Shown in pieces: positions 41,699 through 54,680 of a DNA stretch of 64,000 bases (positions within the stretch are counted from its first letter, which is position 1; each line of letters begins with the position of its first letter). The notes beneath the pieces were generated by a model. That model saw only the letters and a list, made by a program, of their open reading frames with translations. It was not told where the DNA came from and did no database searches. This stretch comes from Candidatus Nanoarchaeia archaeon (GTDB taxonomy: Archaea > Nanobdellota > Nanobdellia > Woesearchaeales > JAQUVJ01): contig JAQUVJ010000001.1 in the NCBI GenBank assembly GCA_028693395.1, forward strand, positions 46,387-110,386, in the 5' to 3' direction. The position numbers and the translations under genes are program-made.

Positions 41699-42688
41699 TT
41701 ACAATTTCTTTATATATTCATATGCACTATATGCAGCACTTACACCTTGAGAAACACTTGTAATTGCCTGTTTAAATTTGAAATTTGTAACATCTCCACT
41801 TGCAAAAAAACCACTAATATTTGTTTTTGAATATTCATCAATTATGATTTCATTTTTTTTATTTAATTTAACATTTAAATCTTTAACTAACTCACTATTT
41901 GGACTATTTCCAATATAAACAAAAACACCATCTAAATTTATCTTTTTTGAATTTTTATATTCGTTTTTTAAAATAATTTCTTCAACAAAATCATTTCCTT
42001 TTATTTCAATTAATTCATTATTATTAATTACCTCAATTCTTTTTTCTTTTATTTTTTGATTTAAAAGTTTTAAATTTTGATGTTCAGGATGGATTTCATT
42101 TTCATTATTTACTATGTAAACTTTTTTTGCATATTCTAAGATTAAAATAGCTTCCTTTATGGCACTATCTCCTCCACCTATCACTGCTACAATTTTATCT
42201 TTTATAAATGCAGCATCACAAAGTGCACAATAAGCAACGCCTTTTCCAAAAAATTCATTTTCTCCTTTTACATTTAATTTCTTTAATTTAGATCCTGTTG
42301 CTAAAACTACTGATTTTGATTTAAATGTTTTATCATCTAAATAAACAAAAAAATTCTTATCTTTTTTCTCTATTTTATTTACAATATCATATTCAATATC
42401 TAAATCATAATCCATCATATGATTTTCTAATAATTGAGTTAAACTTGATCCTTCTATTGAAACAAATCCTGGGTAATTTTCTACTTTCCCTGTTAAACTA
42501 AGCATTCCTCCTGGTTGTTCTCCTATTATCAAAACATTTAAACCTAATCTTGAAGCATACATTGCACATGAATATCCACTTACTCCCATTCCAATAACGA
42601 TTAAATCATAATCTTTTTTTTCATTAGAAAGATAATTATATTTATTTCTAGAATCAAAAACTATTTTATCGTATTCTGTTTTTTCCAT
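41699..42688 (-). CDS. trxB: Thioredoxin reductase
   Basis: IGMGVSG, ENYPG, ATGS, GVAYCALCD, GGGDSA, ASGD. Confidence 0.92.
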   Translation of the reverse strand: MEKTEYDKIVFDSRNKYNYLSNEKKDYDLIVIGMGVSGYSCAMYASRLGLNVLIIGEQPGGMLSLTGKVENYPGFVSIEGSSLTQLLENHMMDYDLDIEYDIVNKIEKKDKNFFVYLDDKTFKSKSVVLATGSKLKKLNVKGENEFFGKGVAYCALCDAAFIKDKIVAVIGGGDSAIKEAILILEYAKKVYIVNNENEIHPEHQNLKLLNQKIKEKRIEVINNNELIEIKGNDFVEEIILKNEYKNSKKINLDGVFVYIGNSPNSELVKDLNVKLNKKNEIIIDEYSKTNISGFFASGDVTNFKFKQAITSVSQGVSAAYSAYEYIKKL

Positions 42689-42933
42689 TTTTTTTCACTA
42701 TTTATAAATATGTTTCAATATAAAAATTTTGCATTTATTTAATAATAATTTAATTAAAAAATATAAACATATTAAAAAAATAAATTAATAAAATAATAAT
42801 GTAATAAAATAAAAAAAATAATAAATAAAAAAAATAATAAATAATAAAAACAATAAATAAAATAAATTAATTAATAATTTAATTAACAATTAAAAAAATT
42901 AATAAATAAAAAAATTAATAAACAAAAATAAAA

Positions 42934-44262
42934 TCATCTAAGTAAATGAGGAGCAAACAACAAAATTAAACCAATTATTGTCATAACAATTCCTCCTATT
43001 AACTTACAATGTTTTGCATATTTTTGCGTAAAACCACTTCCCAAAGCAAAAGCAGCCATACTAAAAATTATTATGTGATCCAACATATAAAAAAACACAT
43101 ACAAAAGTATATACAAATAATGTTGTAATGTTGAAATACCACTTAAAGCTAATAATTGAGTATAAACTGCTGGAATCGCAGCAGAACATACAAATTCAAT
43201 TGCATTTACAGCAAAAGCAAGACCTATTACTGAAAAAATAATTCCTATTGTTATTGGTTGTGCAATAATTCTTTGAATTTTATTCATAGTTTTTTCATGA
43301 GATTTTTCATCACCAACTTCACAAGTTAAATCTCCTTTTGTTGTAATCCATGTTTTTATATGTAAAATTCCACTTCCTACCGCAAATAAACCAATTATTA
43401 ATGTAACAATTCCAATATATCCCATTACTAAAAATAAATTTAACCATGCTGTCATAAATAAAAAATACGAAACTGCTGAAGCTAAAACAAAACTTCCTAC
43501 AACTAACCATATCTTCTTTTTACTTTTTTCTCCCATTAACATAGTTATTAAAAATATTAAAACCCATAAAGCACATGGATTAAAACCATCTATTAAACCT
43601 AATATAACTGTTAAAACAGGTAAAGACCATTTTGTTAAATCAACTTTTCCAAAAAATGGTAATTCATAATCTTCTAAACTTTGTTGAGTTGTTTCTTTTT
43701 CATCAGTTTTATATTCATCTCCTTTACATTGATCTACGCAATTATCTATTGCAGAAATTATCTTTTCTTTTGTTTGTAAACCAATTAAAGCATCCTTATT
43801 AATAAAAATTGCTGGGACTGCAAGCCTTGACAAATCAAGTCCTGCATCTCTTGCCATTTTATAAAATAAATCTGATCCTTTTTTGGTAGAAATATCATGC
43901 TCATACAAAACAACATCAGTTCTTTCATCTCTTATTTCATACATTATTGGTTTTTGTTGAGCACAAAAATGACATGTTGGAGAAAAAAAATAATTTATAA
44001 CAACCTTATCTAAATCATCTTCAGAAATATTTCCTTGATTTGTTGATGTTTGTATAAAAGCAAATATACCAAGAACAATTAACAATATAAATAATACTAA
44101 ATTAAATTTACTAGAAAAAAAACTTTTGATTTTTCTAAAAACAATATTTGATTCATTTTTATTTTTATATTTTTTATTTGATAATTTGTTTTTTTCATTT
44201 TTATTTTCATTATCTTTAATAATTTTGTTACTCACTTTTTTATTTTTTTTATTGTTTCCCAT
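42934..44262 (-). CDS. Thioredoxin/glutaredoxin + CcdA/DsbD-like membrane domain protein
   Basis: TM, CHFC Trx domain, GLIDGFNPCALWVL, EFVCSAAIP. Confidence 0.8.
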   Translation of the reverse strand: MGNNKKNKKVSNKIIKDNENKNEKNKLSNKKYKNKNESNIVFRKIKSFFSSKFNLVLFILLIVLGIFAFIQTSTNQGNISEDDLDKVVINYFFSPTCHFCAQQKPIMYEIRDERTDVVLYEHDISTKKGSDLFYKMARDAGLDLSRLAVPAIFINKDALIGLQTKEKIISAIDNCVDQCKGDEYKTDEKETTQQSLEDYELPFFGKVDLTKWSLPVLTVILGLIDGFNPCALWVLIFLITMLMGEKSKKKIWLVVGSFVLASAVSYFLFMTAWLNLFLVMGYIGIVTLIIGLFAVGSGILHIKTWITTKGDLTCEVGDEKSHEKTMNKIQRIIAQPITIGIIFSVIGLAFAVNAIEFVCSAAIPAVYTQLLALSGISTLQHYLYILLYVFFYMLDHIIIFSMAAFALGSGFTQKYAKHCKLIGGIVMTIIGLILLFAPHLLR

Positions 44263-44448
44263 TTTTTTTCCTCATATTTTGGTTCATTTATTTCAACCTA
44301 TTTTTTCCTTTTCTAACACTTCTAGACTTATTTTATCATAACAATCATTCTTTAATCTTTATTTACTTTTTATTATCTTAAAATAAAAAAAATAATTATG
44401 AGAAACTAAAAAACATAAAGATTCACAAACTTAAATTATTTTATAAAT

Positions 44449-44682
44449 TTATATTTCTAAATATTTTTTCATTTCTTTTATATTATATCCTATTATAATA
44501 TTTCCATCAACATCTAAAACAGGAATATTTTTTTGACCACTTTTTTCTATCATTTCATTTTTTGATTTTTCATCTTTAATTATATCAATTTCTTTAAATT
44601 GAATTTCATTTTTTTCTAAATATTTTTTTACCATTAAACAAAATGGACATCCCATAGATGTATACAAAATTACTTTTTTCAT
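44449..44682 (-). CDS. Glutaredoxin (NrdH-like)
   Basis: YTSMGCPFC, SGQKNIPV, IIIGY. Confidence 0.92.
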   Translation of the reverse strand: MKKVILYTSMGCPFCLMVKKYLEKNEIQFKEIDIIKDEKSKNEMIEKSGQKNIPVLDVDGNIIIGYNIKEMKKYLEI

Positions 44683-44819
44683 TTTTATCACAAATGCAAT
44701 TTAATTATCTAAGTACTATAAACTTTCTTTTTTATTATATAAATTTTATTAATTTATATTTTTTCAATATTTTACATAAAAACAAATTAAAATTAAACAA
44801 AAATAAATATAATAAAATA

Positions 44820-44910
44820 AAATAAATATAAAAATAAATAAATATAAATATAAAAATAAATATAAATATAAATATAAAAATAAATATAAATATAAATATA
44901 AAAATAAATA
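44820..44910. repeat. AT-only tandem repeat (AAATAT/AAAAAT units)
   Basis: Repeated AAATATAAATATAAAAAT blocks in a divergent spacer. Confidence 0.7.
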
Positions 44911-44982
44911 ATAATTATAATGATGATAATAATAAATATAATAAATTAAAAAAATTTATAAATTAAGATATATTATTAAAAT

Positions 44983-45336
44983 ATGAAAAATATGGAAAAT
45001 GAAAATGTTAACTCACAAAATATTAACAATGATGATAATATTGTTAATATGGCAATTCACTTATTAGGACTTTTTACAGGATTTATTGCACCTTTGATAT
45101 TTTTATTAATATCTAAAAAAGAAGAAGTAAAAAAACATGCAAAAATAGTTTTAAATTGGCAATTAACTCTTATGATATATTATCTTATTTCATTAGTAAC
45201 ATTAATAATTATTATAGGTGCCCTTGGATTTGCTGTTTTTGGAACTTTAAATATTATTTTTAGTATTGTTGGAATGTTAAAAGCAAACGATAGAATTCTT
45301 TGGGAATATCCATTATCTATTAGATTTCTTAAATAA
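44983..45336 (+). CDS. DUF4870 family membrane protein
   Basis: HLLG...GFIAPLI, HAK..LNWQ, KA......YPLSIRFLK. Confidence 0.88.
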   Translation: MKNMENENVNSQNINNDDNIVNMAIHLLGLFTGFIAPLIFLLISKKEEVKKHAKIVLNWQLTLMIYYLISLVTLIIIIGALGFAVFGTLNIIFSIVGMLKANDRILWEYPLSIRFLK

Positions 45337-45538
45337 TTTAATTTTTTGATAATCTTTTTTTTATTTTTTTTATCTTATTTATTTCTCTTTTTATTTCTTT
45401 TTTTCTTATGTTTTTTATAGTATTTTTATAGTATTTTTATTTTATTATATGTTATAAATAATAAATAATAAATAAAATGAATAAAATAATAATATAGTTA
45501 AAAAAATTTATATACGTATCGGGATAAAAACACACAAT

Positions 45539-47296
<1,758 letters not shown>

Positions 47297-47348
47297 TTCG
47301 ACACTTAGTAGTAGTTTTTATATATAACTCATTTTTACATTAATTAAT

Positions 47349-47852
47349 ATGGTATATAATTATAGAAAAACAGAAATACTAACACTTGAAGAAATTACAA
47401 ATTTATTATTAAATGAAGAAATTAGTATAGAAGAATCTGTTCAATTATGTAAAAAAATTAAAAAAGAAAAAAAACAAGAAAACGACGATTACAAAATCTT
47501 TATTGGAGACAATTCTGGTTCAATAATTGCATACGATGACAGTCAAAGAGAAATTGGATTTCTTGATTATTATCAATTTATTGACAATTTAAAAAAAAAT
47601 GCAATTATTATAGAAAGAGTTCAATCATATGAGCAAAATATTGGCGTCTTTAAAAAGATGTTTAAAGAATTAAAAAGATATTCTCTAAAAAATAACATAC
47701 ATTATTTCTTATTAGAAGTAAATAATTCAAATATAAATGCTATAGAAATCTATAAACATTACAATTTTCAATTTACAAATTCTCCAGAAATAATTCCTTT
47801 AAAAAGTAATCTCACATCTTGGATGATATTACCTCTTGAAGATAGACTATAA
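47349..47852 (+). CDS. GNAT family acetyltransferase
   Basis: QNIGV, LEV...N..AI..Y....F motifs. Confidence 0.7.
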   Translation: MVYNYRKTEILTLEEITNLLLNEEISIEESVQLCKKIKKEKKQENDDYKIFIGDNSGSIIAYDDSQREIGFLDYYQFIDNLKKNAIIIERVQSYEQNIGVFKKMFKELKRYSLKNNIHYFLLEVNNSNINAIEIYKHYNFQFTNSPEIIPLKSNLTSWMILPLEDRL

Positions 47853-47884
47853 AAATATATATACTAAATATGTTTTAAAATAAT

Positions 47885-48949
47885 ATGTCAAGATTAATAA
47901 AAAATACTTTTAAAATTATTGGTGCTTCACCAGGAACTTCAGTTTTTATCGGAGATCAAAAAACAAATGAAATAAAAATTTCTTTACTACAATATAATCA
48001 ATCTGGTTTTTTAGAAAAAGAAATAAAAAATTTAAACGAATTAGAAAACATTGATGAAAAATCTTACATAAATTGGTTAAACATTGATGGATTACATGAA
48101 ATAAAAATAATTGATTATATTGGTAAAAAATACAATATCCATTCACTTATAATTGAAGATATCTTAAATACACAACAAACACCAAAAATAGAAATATTCG
48201 ATGATTATATTTATATTACATTAAAAATGTTCGATTTTAATGAAACAAAAGAATCAATAAATGTAGAACAAATTAGTTTAATCTTGAATGATAAAAATGT
48301 AATATCATTTCAAGAAAAAACTGGAGATATTTTTGAACCAATAAGAAAAAGAATAAAAGAGACCAGCAGCAGAATAAGAAAACTCGATTCTGATTATTTA
48401 TTATATTCAATCATTGATATAATTGTTGATTATTATTTTTTAATTTTAGAAAAAATTGGTGATAAAATTGAAATTCTTGAAGAAGAATTAGTTATTGAAC
48501 CAAAGAAAAATACATTAAAAGAAATCTATAAACTAAAAAGAGAACTTTTATTTTTAAGAAAATCTGTTTGGCCAATAAGAGAAAATGTTAACAAACTTGA
48601 AAAATCTGATTCCCAATTAATTAAAAAAAGTACATCTCCTTATTTAAGAGATTTATATGATCATAGTATTCAAATTATAGACACTATTGAAACAAGTAGA
48701 GATTTACTTGGTGGAATGCTTGATTTATATCTTTCAAGTATTAATAATAAAATGAACGAAATAATGAAAGTTTTAACTATAATTTCTACTATTTTTATTC
48801 CTTTAACTTTTATTTCCGGAGTTTATGGTATGAATTTTAAACATATGCCTGAGCTTGAATGGAAACTTGGATACTTTATTATTCTTGGAATTATGTTTTT
48901 GATTTCAATTTTTATGTTGTTTTTTTTTAGAAAAAAGAAATGGTTATAG
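47885..48949 (+). CDS. corA: Mg/Co transporter CorA
   Basis: WLNIDGLH, EDILN..Q.PK, SFQE, MNEIMKVLT, YGMNF..MPEL.W. Confidence 0.95.
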   Translation: MSRLIKNTFKIIGASPGTSVFIGDQKTNEIKISLLQYNQSGFLEKEIKNLNELENIDEKSYINWLNIDGLHEIKIIDYIGKKYNIHSLIIEDILNTQQTPKIEIFDDYIYITLKMFDFNETKESINVEQISLILNDKNVISFQEKTGDIFEPIRKRIKETSSRIRKLDSDYLLYSIIDIIVDYYFLILEKIGDKIEILEEELVIEPKKNTLKEIYKLKRELLFLRKSVWPIRENVNKLEKSDSQLIKKSTSPYLRDLYDHSIQIIDTIETSRDLLGGMLDLYLSSINNKMNEIMKVLTIISTIFIPLTFISGVYGMNFKHMPELEWKLGYFIILGIMFLISIFMLFFFRKKKWL

Positions 48950-49059
48950 AAATTTAAAATGTTAATAATAAATTTTTAAATTATTTGAAAAATATAATTA
49001 TAAAATAAAATCTATCATATAATTTTTAAATACATTAAGTTTATCTAATAATAGATTTT

Positions 49060-50814
49060 ATGGAAATTAATTTAAAAAATAAAGAAAATGATTATAATAA
49101 TATAGATTATAACAATTTTAAGAAAAATAAAAACACCAATAATATTGACATCAATAAAAAAAATGACCAAAAAAATTATAATAAAGAAAATTATAATGAA
49201 AAAGATTATAATGAAAAAAAATATGATGTAATCTTTATAACTGCACAATATCATGATGATCATCCTCTTTGTGCAACAGAAATTTTAAAAAGAATCGTAG
49301 AAGATAATGGATTTTCTATAAAAATAATTGAGAAACCAAAAAATGATAATGATTATTTAAAATTTGGAAAACCAAATCTTGCTTTTTTTGTAACTTCTGG
49401 ACCAATTGATAGCATGTTAAATAATTTTACACCATTAAAAAAAGATAGGAATGAAGATAAATCACAAACTAAAACTGACGTCCCAAATAGGGCAATAATC
49501 AAATATTGTAATGATTTAAAAAGATTGTTTAAAGATAGTTACATAGTAATTGGAGGAATTGAAAGTTCTCTTAGAAGATTTGCACATTATGATTATTGGG
49601 AAAACAAAATAAGAAAATCAATACTTCTTGATTCAAAAGCAAACATCTTAGTTTATGGAAATGGTGAAATTCAATCTGTTGAAATATTAAAAAGATTAAA
49701 AAACAAAGAAAATATGATTGGAATAGAAGGCACATCAATTTTATCAAAAGATCTTCCAAATAATACTATTTTACTTCCAAGTTTTAAAGAAGTTTTTGAA
49801 AATAAAGAAAAATTTATTGATATGCAAAAAAAACTTAGTGTTTACTTTAACTTAGCTCAAGAATATGATAATAATTATATAATTCAATTTAAATATCCAA
49901 AATATACTAGTGAATATTTAGATTATATTTATTCTCTAGATTACACAAGAAAATTACACCCAAAATCTCAACTTAAAATGGCTCAATTTTCAATAGTAAC
50001 TCATAGAGGATGTATTGGAAATTGCAATTTTTGTTCAATTGCTATGCATCAAGGATCTAAAATAATTTCAAGAAGTGAAGAAAACATACTAAAAGAAATA
50101 GAAAAAATTACAAAAATGAAAGAATTTAAAGGAATAATTGATGATCTTGGAGGTCCTAGTGCAAACATGTATAAAATGGATTGTAAAATTAATTGTTTTA
50201 ATAACTGCATTACTTGTAATAAATTAAATAGAAGTCATCGTGAAATAATTGAATTACTAAGAAAAGCAAGAAATATAAAAGGAATAAAAAAGATATTTGT
50301 AAGAAGTGGAATTAGATATGATTTAGCTATTGAATCCGAAGAATACATTGAAGAAATTTCAAAACATCATATTTCTGGTGTTTTAAAAATAGCTCCTGAG
50401 CATTTTTCAAATGATGTATTAAAATTAATGAATAAAGAAAGTTTTTCATTTGACAAATTTAAAAATAAATTTGATAACATAAATAAAAATAAAAATCAAG
50501 AATTAAAATATTATATAATGATAGGACATCCTGGAGAAAATAAAAAAACAATAAATGAATTAATTGAAAAGAGTAAAAAATTAAAAAATATTGAAAGTTT
50601 TCAATTTTTTACTCCAACCCCTATGAGTAATTCTACATGTATGTATTACACTGGAAAGGATTTAGATAAAAATGATATTGATGTAATCTACTCTTTTAAA
50701 GAAAAAAAAGAATTTAAAAGAAAGTTCTTAAAAACAATAGAAGAAGTTCAAAATCAAAATAAAAAAAGTAATAATAGTAATAACAATAATAAAGAAAATA
50801 ATAACTATTATTAA
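49060..50814 (+). CDS. YgiQ (UPF0313) radical SAM protein
   Basis: GGIESSLRR.AHYDYW, HRGCIGNCNFC, DLGGPSANMY, RSGIRYD, LKIAPEH, FTPTP; overlaps the convergent gene by 4 nt. Confidence 0.92.
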   Translation: MEINLKNKENDYNNIDYNNFKKNKNTNNIDINKKNDQKNYNKENYNEKDYNEKKYDVIFITAQYHDDHPLCATEILKRIVEDNGFSIKIIEKPKNDNDYLKFGKPNLAFFVTSGPIDSMLNNFTPLKKDRNEDKSQTKTDVPNRAIIKYCNDLKRLFKDSYIVIGGIESSLRRFAHYDYWENKIRKSILLDSKANILVYGNGEIQSVEILKRLKNKENMIGIEGTSILSKDLPNNTILLPSFKEVFENKEKFIDMQKKLSVYFNLAQEYDNNYIIQFKYPKYTSEYLDYIYSLDYTRKLHPKSQLKMAQFSIVTHRGCIGNCNFCSIAMHQGSKIISRSEENILKEIEKITKMKEFKGIIDDLGGPSANMYKMDCKINCFNNCITCNKLNRSHREIIELLRKARNIKGIKKIFVRSGIRYDLAIESEEYIEEISKHHISGVLKIAPEHFSNDVLKLMNKESFSFDKFKNKFDNINKNKNQELKYYIMIGHPGENKKTINELIEKSKKLKNIESFQFFTPTPMSNSTCMYYTGKDLDKNDIDVIYSFKEKKEFKRKFLKTIEEVQNQNKKSNNSNNNNKENNNYY

Positions 50815-51392
50815 AAATAATTAATGTTTATTGGCATTTTTATAATTTTACTAGTTCTTTTTTTTTCTTCTGAAAGTGGAATCCATTCATATAATAAGAT
50901 TTCTATTGGTCTCCAAAGACTAACCCAAGCCCCTACAAATAACCCTTCAGAAATTATATTTGTTAAAATACTTTCTTTAAATAAATAACCAAAAACACTT
51001 GAAATTACTATAAAAAAAATAAAAATAAATCCAGCAATACCAAAAGTTCTTTTCCCTTTTCTTAACCTTCTTTTTAAATGTAAACAAGATTCTAAATAAT
51101 TATATTCAAAATGGTTTTTTATTGCTTTTTTTACAACATTTTCCTTTAGTAATCCATTTAACTTTTCTGGTATAAAAATTTCTAATTTAACATCATTTTC
51201 ATCTCCAAATATCTTTATTTGATTATCAATCATTGCTGAAATTTTAGAATTTAATTCTCTTTTATTTATAGGATTTGGATCATTTACGTTAAATAATTCT
51301 TCTATTGAATGAATCTTTATTTCTATTAAATAATTTCCCTCTCCATCTTTTTTATAATGTGTTAATATTGCAGTCTCCATAATAATCAACAT
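50811..51392 (-). CDS. Conserved hypothetical 2-TM membrane protein
   Basis: LFN..DP.P...REL, ISEGL...AWVSLWRPIE..LYEW. Confidence 0.7.
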   Translation of the reverse strand: MLIIMETAILTHYKKDGEGNYLIEIKIHSIEELFNVNDPNPINKRELNSKISAMIDNQIKIFGDENDVKLEIFIPEKLNGLLKENVVKKAIKNHFEYNYLESCLHLKRRLRKGKRTFGIAGFIFIFFIVISSVFGYLFKESILTNIISEGLFVGAWVSLWRPIEILLYEWIPLSEEKKRTSKIIKMPININYF

Positions 51393-51479
51393 AAATTCTA
51401 ACGAATATATGATAATAAAAAATAAACTTCAACATTTATAAATATATATAGTCTTTATACAATTATTATCAAAATATTG

Positions 51480-52757
51480 TTAATGTTGAAATGGAGTTCT
51501 TAATAATAAAACAGATTTTTCATCTAATCTTTTATTTGGTAAATATTTTTCTGTACATTTTTTAAAATCATTAATAGTAATGGAATCTATTTCTTCGTTT
51601 ATATTCCCTATTCTTACTTTATCATCTAAACTTAATTCTATTGCAGAGATTTTTCCATCAATTGAATCAAATATATTTGAAAAAGAAAATTGTGATCTTC
51701 GTTTTAACAATTCTAATGTTTCTTCAGTTATTGGCTCTTCTTGAATTTTTCTCATTTCATCAAAGATATAATTTATTGAATCATTTGCATGAAAAGCTGT
51801 TATATTCGAATTTAAAACAATTCTTCCTTTACATAATGATTCTGATTGAAAATTTAAATTATAGATTTTCTTATTTCTTTCTAATAAATCTTTTTTAGAA
51901 ACTGGGATATCATCTCTTATTAGAATTTCTTTTATTATACTACTTATCAAATAATCTCTATCAAATTTATTTGAAAAAGGTATACCTAATCTTAATTGAG
52001 CTATACTAGAAACAGGATTACATGGATTTAATAATTCTGGAGCTAAAGATTTTAATTCTTTTTTACTAAAATTTTTTAGATCAAAATTACATTTTTGAGT
52101 ACTTTTTCCTGAACTTATAAATGAAAAAGATTCATTAACAATGTCTTCTATATTTTTTGGTAAATTTCCTACTAAAATCAACTGAGAATTATTCCCAACA
52201 TATTTTCTTGAATGAAAATCTCTTAGTTGTTCTTGATTTGTTGAAGAAATAACATATTCATCACCAAAATCTATCTTTAAAAATGGTGATTCTTTACCAT
52301 AAAATGCTTCATCAAATTTTAATTCATCAATAAAGAGTGGATCTCTTTTTTTCATTTTCATATATTTTAATACTTTTGATTTTTCTGAATTTATTAATTC
52401 TTTATCTGAAAAATCTTGATTAAAAATTTTTGAAGATATATATCTTAAAAATGATTGTGTTTCTCTTGGAGTAAATCCTAATTTATATTCAGTTTTGTCA
52501 AAAGAAACTAAAGATTTTAAAGTTCCATAAGCAAATCTTAAAGAATTTTCTTCATCTTCTGATAAATCAAATGGAGTTGAAGAAGCAATTGTTCTTTCTA
52601 ATAAATAAGACAAACCCTGTTCTCCAGAATCTTCATTTGAAATTCCACTCATAATTCTAAATTTTCCTTTTATTGCTTGTGTATCTGTATTTCTGTATGC
52701 AAAAGTTAAACCATTTTCTAATTTAACTACATTAAATTGACCATTAAAATTATCCAT
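51480..52757 (-). CDS. M16 peptidase homologue lacking the HxxEH Zn site
   Basis: KLENGL, G...E....GLSYLLER, F....Y...N..L..VG, I.SIT..D. Confidence 0.8.
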   Translation of the reverse strand: MDNFNGQFNVVKLENGLTFAYRNTDTQAIKGKFRIMSGISNEDSGEQGLSYLLERTIASSTPFDLSEDEENSLRFAYGTLKSLVSFDKTEYKLGFTPRETQSFLRYISSKIFNQDFSDKELINSEKSKVLKYMKMKKRDPLFIDELKFDEAFYGKESPFLKIDFGDEYVISSTNQEQLRDFHSRKYVGNNSQLILVGNLPKNIEDIVNESFSFISSGKSTQKCNFDLKNFSKKELKSLAPELLNPCNPVSSIAQLRLGIPFSNKFDRDYLISSIIKEILIRDDIPVSKKDLLERNKKIYNLNFQSESLCKGRIVLNSNITAFHANDSINYIFDEMRKIQEEPITEETLELLKRRSQFSFSNIFDSIDGKISAIELSLDDKVRIGNINEEIDSITINDFKKCTEKYLPNKRLDEKSVLLLRTPFQH

Positions 52758-52964
52758 CTAATGATGGATATATGTTTTATTTATAAACTTTTTCAATTGT
52801 TGTGACTACAAAGTAACACATATTCTAAAAAAGTAGTACTTACAACTAATGAAACAAATTTTTAAATAATACTAATTATAGTTTATCATAGATAATAATA
52901 TAATAATTATAATATAAAAATAATAAATATATAATTAATATAAATAATATAATAGGTAAAAAAA

Positions 52965-54680
52965 ATGGATCCAACAATTTTTATAGAATTAAGCAAAATA
53001 TTAGTAGTAACGGTAATTGTAACAGCAATAATAAGAGCACTTAAACAACCTGCACTTATTGGATATATTATTAGTGGTATAATTTGTGGACCTTATGTCT
53101 TAAATTTTATAAATTCTACTGATACTTTATCAACATTTTCACAAATCGGAGTTGCTTTACTTTTATTCTTTGTTGGATTAAATTTAAATCCAAAGGTAAT
53201 AAAGGATGTTGGGAAAATATCTCTTATTACAGGACTTGGACAAGTATTCTTTACCACTGGAGTTGGGTTTTTAATTGCAAAAATAATAGGTTTTAGTACA
53301 GTTAGTGCTTTATATTTATCAGTTGCTTTAGCTTTTAGTAGTACGATAGTAATAATGAAATTACTTTCTGATAAAAATGCACTTGAATCATTATACGGAA
53401 GAATTTCTGTTGGTTTTTTAATTGTTCAAGATTTTGTTGCTATTTTAATTTTACTTGTTATCTCTTCTTTAAGTAATGGTGCTAATTTAACTTCAATGGC
53501 TATAAAAACAGTACTTATGGGAATTGGTGGTATGGGTATTTTATTTCTAATAACAATATATGTTCTTCCAAAATTAACTCAAATTATTGCTAAATCTCAA
53601 GAATTTTTATTATTATTTTCTCTTTCATGGTGTTTTGCAATAGCATCTTTATTTCATTATATTAATTTTTCAATTGAAGCAGGTGCTTTACTTGCTGGAC
53701 TAACACTTTCAATGTCTCCTTATCATTTTGAAATAAGTTCTAAATTAAAACCTTTAAGAGATTTTTTTTTGATATTATTTTTCATTATGCTTGGAGCTCA
53801 AATGACTTTTACAAACATGTTAGCAAACTTAGGAAGTATAATTGGACTATCTTTTTTTGTATTAATTGGTAATCCATTAATAGTTATGGCATTAATGGGA
53901 TTTTTTGGATATACACTAAGAAATAGTTTTATGGCAGGGCTTACCGTAGCACAAGTTAGTGAATTTTCTTTAATTGTTATTTCAATGGGATTAAGCGTTG
54001 GACATGTTACTCAAGAATTATTGTCGATATTAACTGCAATTGCTTTAATAACATTTGCAGGATCAACTTATATGATAATTTATTCAGAAAAAATTTATCC
54101 ATTTGTTGCAAAATATTTTTTCTTTTTTGAAAAAAAAGGTAAAAAAGTTGATGAACATAATTATCAAGAAAATGATGAACATGATATCATATTATTTGGT
54201 TATAATAGAACTGGATTTGATATTGTTGAATCACTAAAAAAGAAAATGAAAAAATTATTAATCATAGATTATGATCCACAAGTAATAAAAAATCTATCAA
54301 TGGAAGGATATGATTGTAGATATGGAGATGCTAATAATTCTGAATTTTTAAATGAAATAAATTTTGTTAAAGCAAATATGATAATATCAACTGTTCCAAA
54401 TATTGAAACAAATTTACTTTTAATAAACAAAATAAAGGAATTAAATAAAAATGCCTTAATAACTGTTGTAGCAAATCAAATAAATGATGCTATTAAATTA
54501 TACAAAAGTGGAGCAACATATGTCATCATGCCACATTTTTTAGGAGGAAAACATTTTTCAACAATGCTTGAAAGCTACGAATCAAATCCTGGAAAATTTC
54601 TAGAAGAAAAATTATCTCATATAGATTACATCATAAAAAAAAAGAAACAAGATATGAATCTATTAGATAATAATCTTTAA
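52965..54680 (+). CDS. CPA2 cation:proton antiporter with TrkA-N domain (KefC-like)
   Basis: KQP..IGYI..G, SSTIV, LIVQD, AQVSEF, FGYNRTG, YGDA. Confidence 0.92.
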   Translation: MDPTIFIELSKILVVTVIVTAIIRALKQPALIGYIISGIICGPYVLNFINSTDTLSTFSQIGVALLLFFVGLNLNPKVIKDVGKISLITGLGQVFFTTGVGFLIAKIIGFSTVSALYLSVALAFSSTIVIMKLLSDKNALESLYGRISVGFLIVQDFVAILILLVISSLSNGANLTSMAIKTVLMGIGGMGILFLITIYVLPKLTQIIAKSQEFLLLFSLSWCFAIASLFHYINFSIEAGALLAGLTLSMSPYHFEISSKLKPLRDFFLILFFIMLGAQMTFTNMLANLGSIIGLSFFVLIGNPLIVMALMGFFGYTLRNSFMAGLTVAQVSEFSLIVISMGLSVGHVTQELLSILTAIALITFAGSTYMIIYSEKIYPFVAKYFFFFEKKGKKVDEHNYQENDEHDIILFGYNRTGFDIVESLKKKMKKLLIIDYDPQVIKNLSMEGYDCRYGDANNSEFLNEINFVKANMIISTVPNIETNLLLINKIKELNKNALITVVANQINDAIKLYKSGATYVIMPHFLGGKHFSTMLESYESNPGKFLEEKLSHIDYIIKKKKQDMNLLDNNL

